Below are positions 13,829-14,963 of a DNA stretch of 14,963 bases, piece by piece. The translations under genes were made by a program, and so were the position numbers. How positions within the stretch are numbered: position 1 is the first letter of the stretch; each line of letters begins with the position of its first letter. This DNA comes from Vescimonas sp. (lineage in GTDB: Bacteria > Bacillota > Clostridia > Oscillospirales > Oscillospiraceae), in NCBI GenBank assembly GCA_045612165.1, contig JAZKYM010000094.1, forward strand, positions 1-14,963. The letters run 5' to 3'. Below the pieces are notes generated by a model that saw only the letters and a program-made list of their open reading frames with translations, was not told where the DNA came from and did no database searches.

Positions 13829-14963
13829 GCGCTCACCTCCTCGATAATCTCGGCCAGTTCGCTGGTGGTCAGCACACCGTTTTCGTAAGTCTCGGTGTGG
13901 TCACGGAAAGGCGCTTTCAGCTTGATATCCAGGCTGATACCTTCCTCGGATTCGTACACATAAATCTTCTCAATCAGCAGTCGCAGGTGTGCCTCGGTCA
14001 TACATCCATCAGCCAGGATCTGATCGATGAGGCTGATGTCTTTCTTTAGTTTCGCCTGTCGGCTGCGAATGGTCTGATCCAAGTTTTCCAGCTCTGCGAT
14101 CTTTTTCTTGGCCTGGGCAATCTGTTCTTCCCGTTTGGCAATCATGCGGTCATACCGGGCGGCGTTGGCCTTATCTCGTATTCTCTCCATGAGAATATCC
14201 TCCATTTCTTCTTCCATGGTGTCGATCTGCTGGTGAAGTTTCTTCAGTTGCGCCAGGGTGTTGGTGACCTTGGGGGTCCATCGATCCACCGTGTCCTGCA
14301 TGGCATCCCATATTTGCAGGTACTGATCTTTGGTGCGGAGCAGCTCCGTACGGATGATCTCATCCAGGTATTCCTCCCGAATAGCGTGGGAGGAGCAATG
14401 CTCCTTGCCATAGCGGAAGTAGGTGCTGCACCAATATTCCACCCGGCTGGCAGCCTTATTTTTGATGGTCTTACCAGTGAAGGATCTACCGCAATCGCCG
14501 CAGGTGACCAACCCGGAGTAGCGGTGGATGGTGCTCCCCGGACCGGCTCGGACATTGTTTTGCTTTCGTGCAGCCAGCAGATCCTGCACCTGCAGCCACA
14601 GTTCTTTGGTGACGATCACCGGCAGGAAGTTTTCATGCCGGAACTGTTCGCTTGCTTCTGTGAAGCGGAAGGTTCGGTTGATTTTGTTCTGCTCGCTCTT
14701 ATGACAGATGAGGGTGCCGGTGTAGGTTTCGTCCTGCAGAATGCGACTGACCATTGTGGCGTTCCAAAGATACTTTTTCTTCACGTCCCTCTCCAAATGC
14801 TCCGGCATTCGCTTGCCAATCAGCTCCAGCTGCATCTGCGCTGGGGTCTTTCGCTTTTCTTCATTGAGTAGTCTGGCGATGGCCTTGAGACCCATGCCAC
14901 TGATATAGGACGAAAAAATCAGGTGGACCGTTTCCGCAGCTTCCGGAACGATCTCCACCTGAT
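13825..14963 (-). CDS. Second large serine recombinase, partial (N-terminal catalytic domain lies beyond the window edge); recombinase domain + zinc ribbon + long coiled coil present
   Basis: The reading frame is open to the window end; the track's 'M' at 14958 is a GTG inside the ORF, preceded by an in-frame Gln codon. Zinc ribbon CGDCGRSF...C..YGKEHCSSH and an extended coiled coil are present. The stop TGA overlaps the downstream recombinase ATG by 4 bp. Confidence 0.8.
   Translation of the reverse strand, partial: QVEIVPEAAETVHLIFSSYISGMGLKAIARLLNEEKRKTPAQMQLELIGKRMPEHLERDVKKKYLWNATMVSRILQDETYTGTLICHKSEQNKINRTFRFTEASEQFRHENFLPVIVTKELWLQVQDLLAARKQNNVRAGPGSTIHRYSGLVTCGDCGRSFTGKTIKNKAASRVEYWCSTYFRYGKEHCSSHAIREEYLDEIIRTELLRTKDQYLQIWDAMQDTVDRWTPKVTNTLAQLKKLHQQIDTMEEEMEDILMERIRDKANAARYDRMIAKREEQIAQAKKKIAELENLDQTIRSRQAKLKKDISLIDQILADGCMTEAHLRLLIEKIYVYESEEGISLDIKLKAPFRDHTETYENGVLTTSELAEIIEEVSA

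Noticed and set aside
1-14963. CRISPR arrays, rRNA, IS elements with terminal inverted repeats
   Set aside because: No regularly spaced direct repeats, no rRNA-like conserved blocks and no transposase ORFs or IS-type terminal inverted repeats were found on either strand.

Overview
This window reads as a roughly 60% G+C Firmicutes/Clostridia-type chromosome segment carrying a low-G+C inserted cassette and tandem recombinases.

Housekeeping backbone (+ strand): a PBP5/6-type D-Ala-D-Ala carboxypeptidase (908-2041), glucose-6-phosphate isomerase pgi (2148-3485) and a small P-loop protein (3610-4020). Each has a clear hairpin plus T-tract terminator, and pgi and the tRNA-Leu locus additionally have sigma70-like promoters.

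tRNAs: tRNA-Gly(CCC) on the minus strand (711-784) with its own promoter and a perfect bidirectional terminator, and tRNA-Leu(TAG) on the plus strand (4254-4336). The tRNA-Leu is preceded by a promoter-driven, truncated tRNA-Leu-like 5' half (4117 to about 4160).

Low-G+C cassette (about 4380-9410): it starts immediately after the tRNA-Leu terminator. Hand-sampled 60-nt lines give about 35-42% G+C here versus about 60% in the flanks. It forms one apparent operon from a strong promoter (TTGACA-17-TGnTATGTT at 4465-4493) to a terminator (9369-9408) with five plus-strand genes:
- an uncharacterised coiled-coil protein;
- a small tail-anchored protein with four YD-like repeats;
- a protein whose C-terminus is a GIY-YIG nuclease domain and which has a perfect internal in-frame AGGAGG+ATG;
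- two translationally coupled WYL-domain (PafBC/BrxR-like) proteins.
The cassette is bracketed by 12/13-identical direct repeats (TAAG[T/A]TTCGTTAT at 4428-4440 and 9666-9678) and carries an orphan tRNA 3'-end fragment at 9559-9584. This is my main candidate for an undescribed, probably defence- or toxin-related, system.

Downstream: a long leader, then an SPFH/band-7 protein and the RNA ligase RtcB (plus strand). On the minus strand sit two tandem, 4-bp-overlapping large serine recombinases, the second running off the window edge; they mark a mobile element of unknown extent.

No CRISPR array and no rRNA were seen. Most long antisense ORFs in the track are G+C-driven artefacts.
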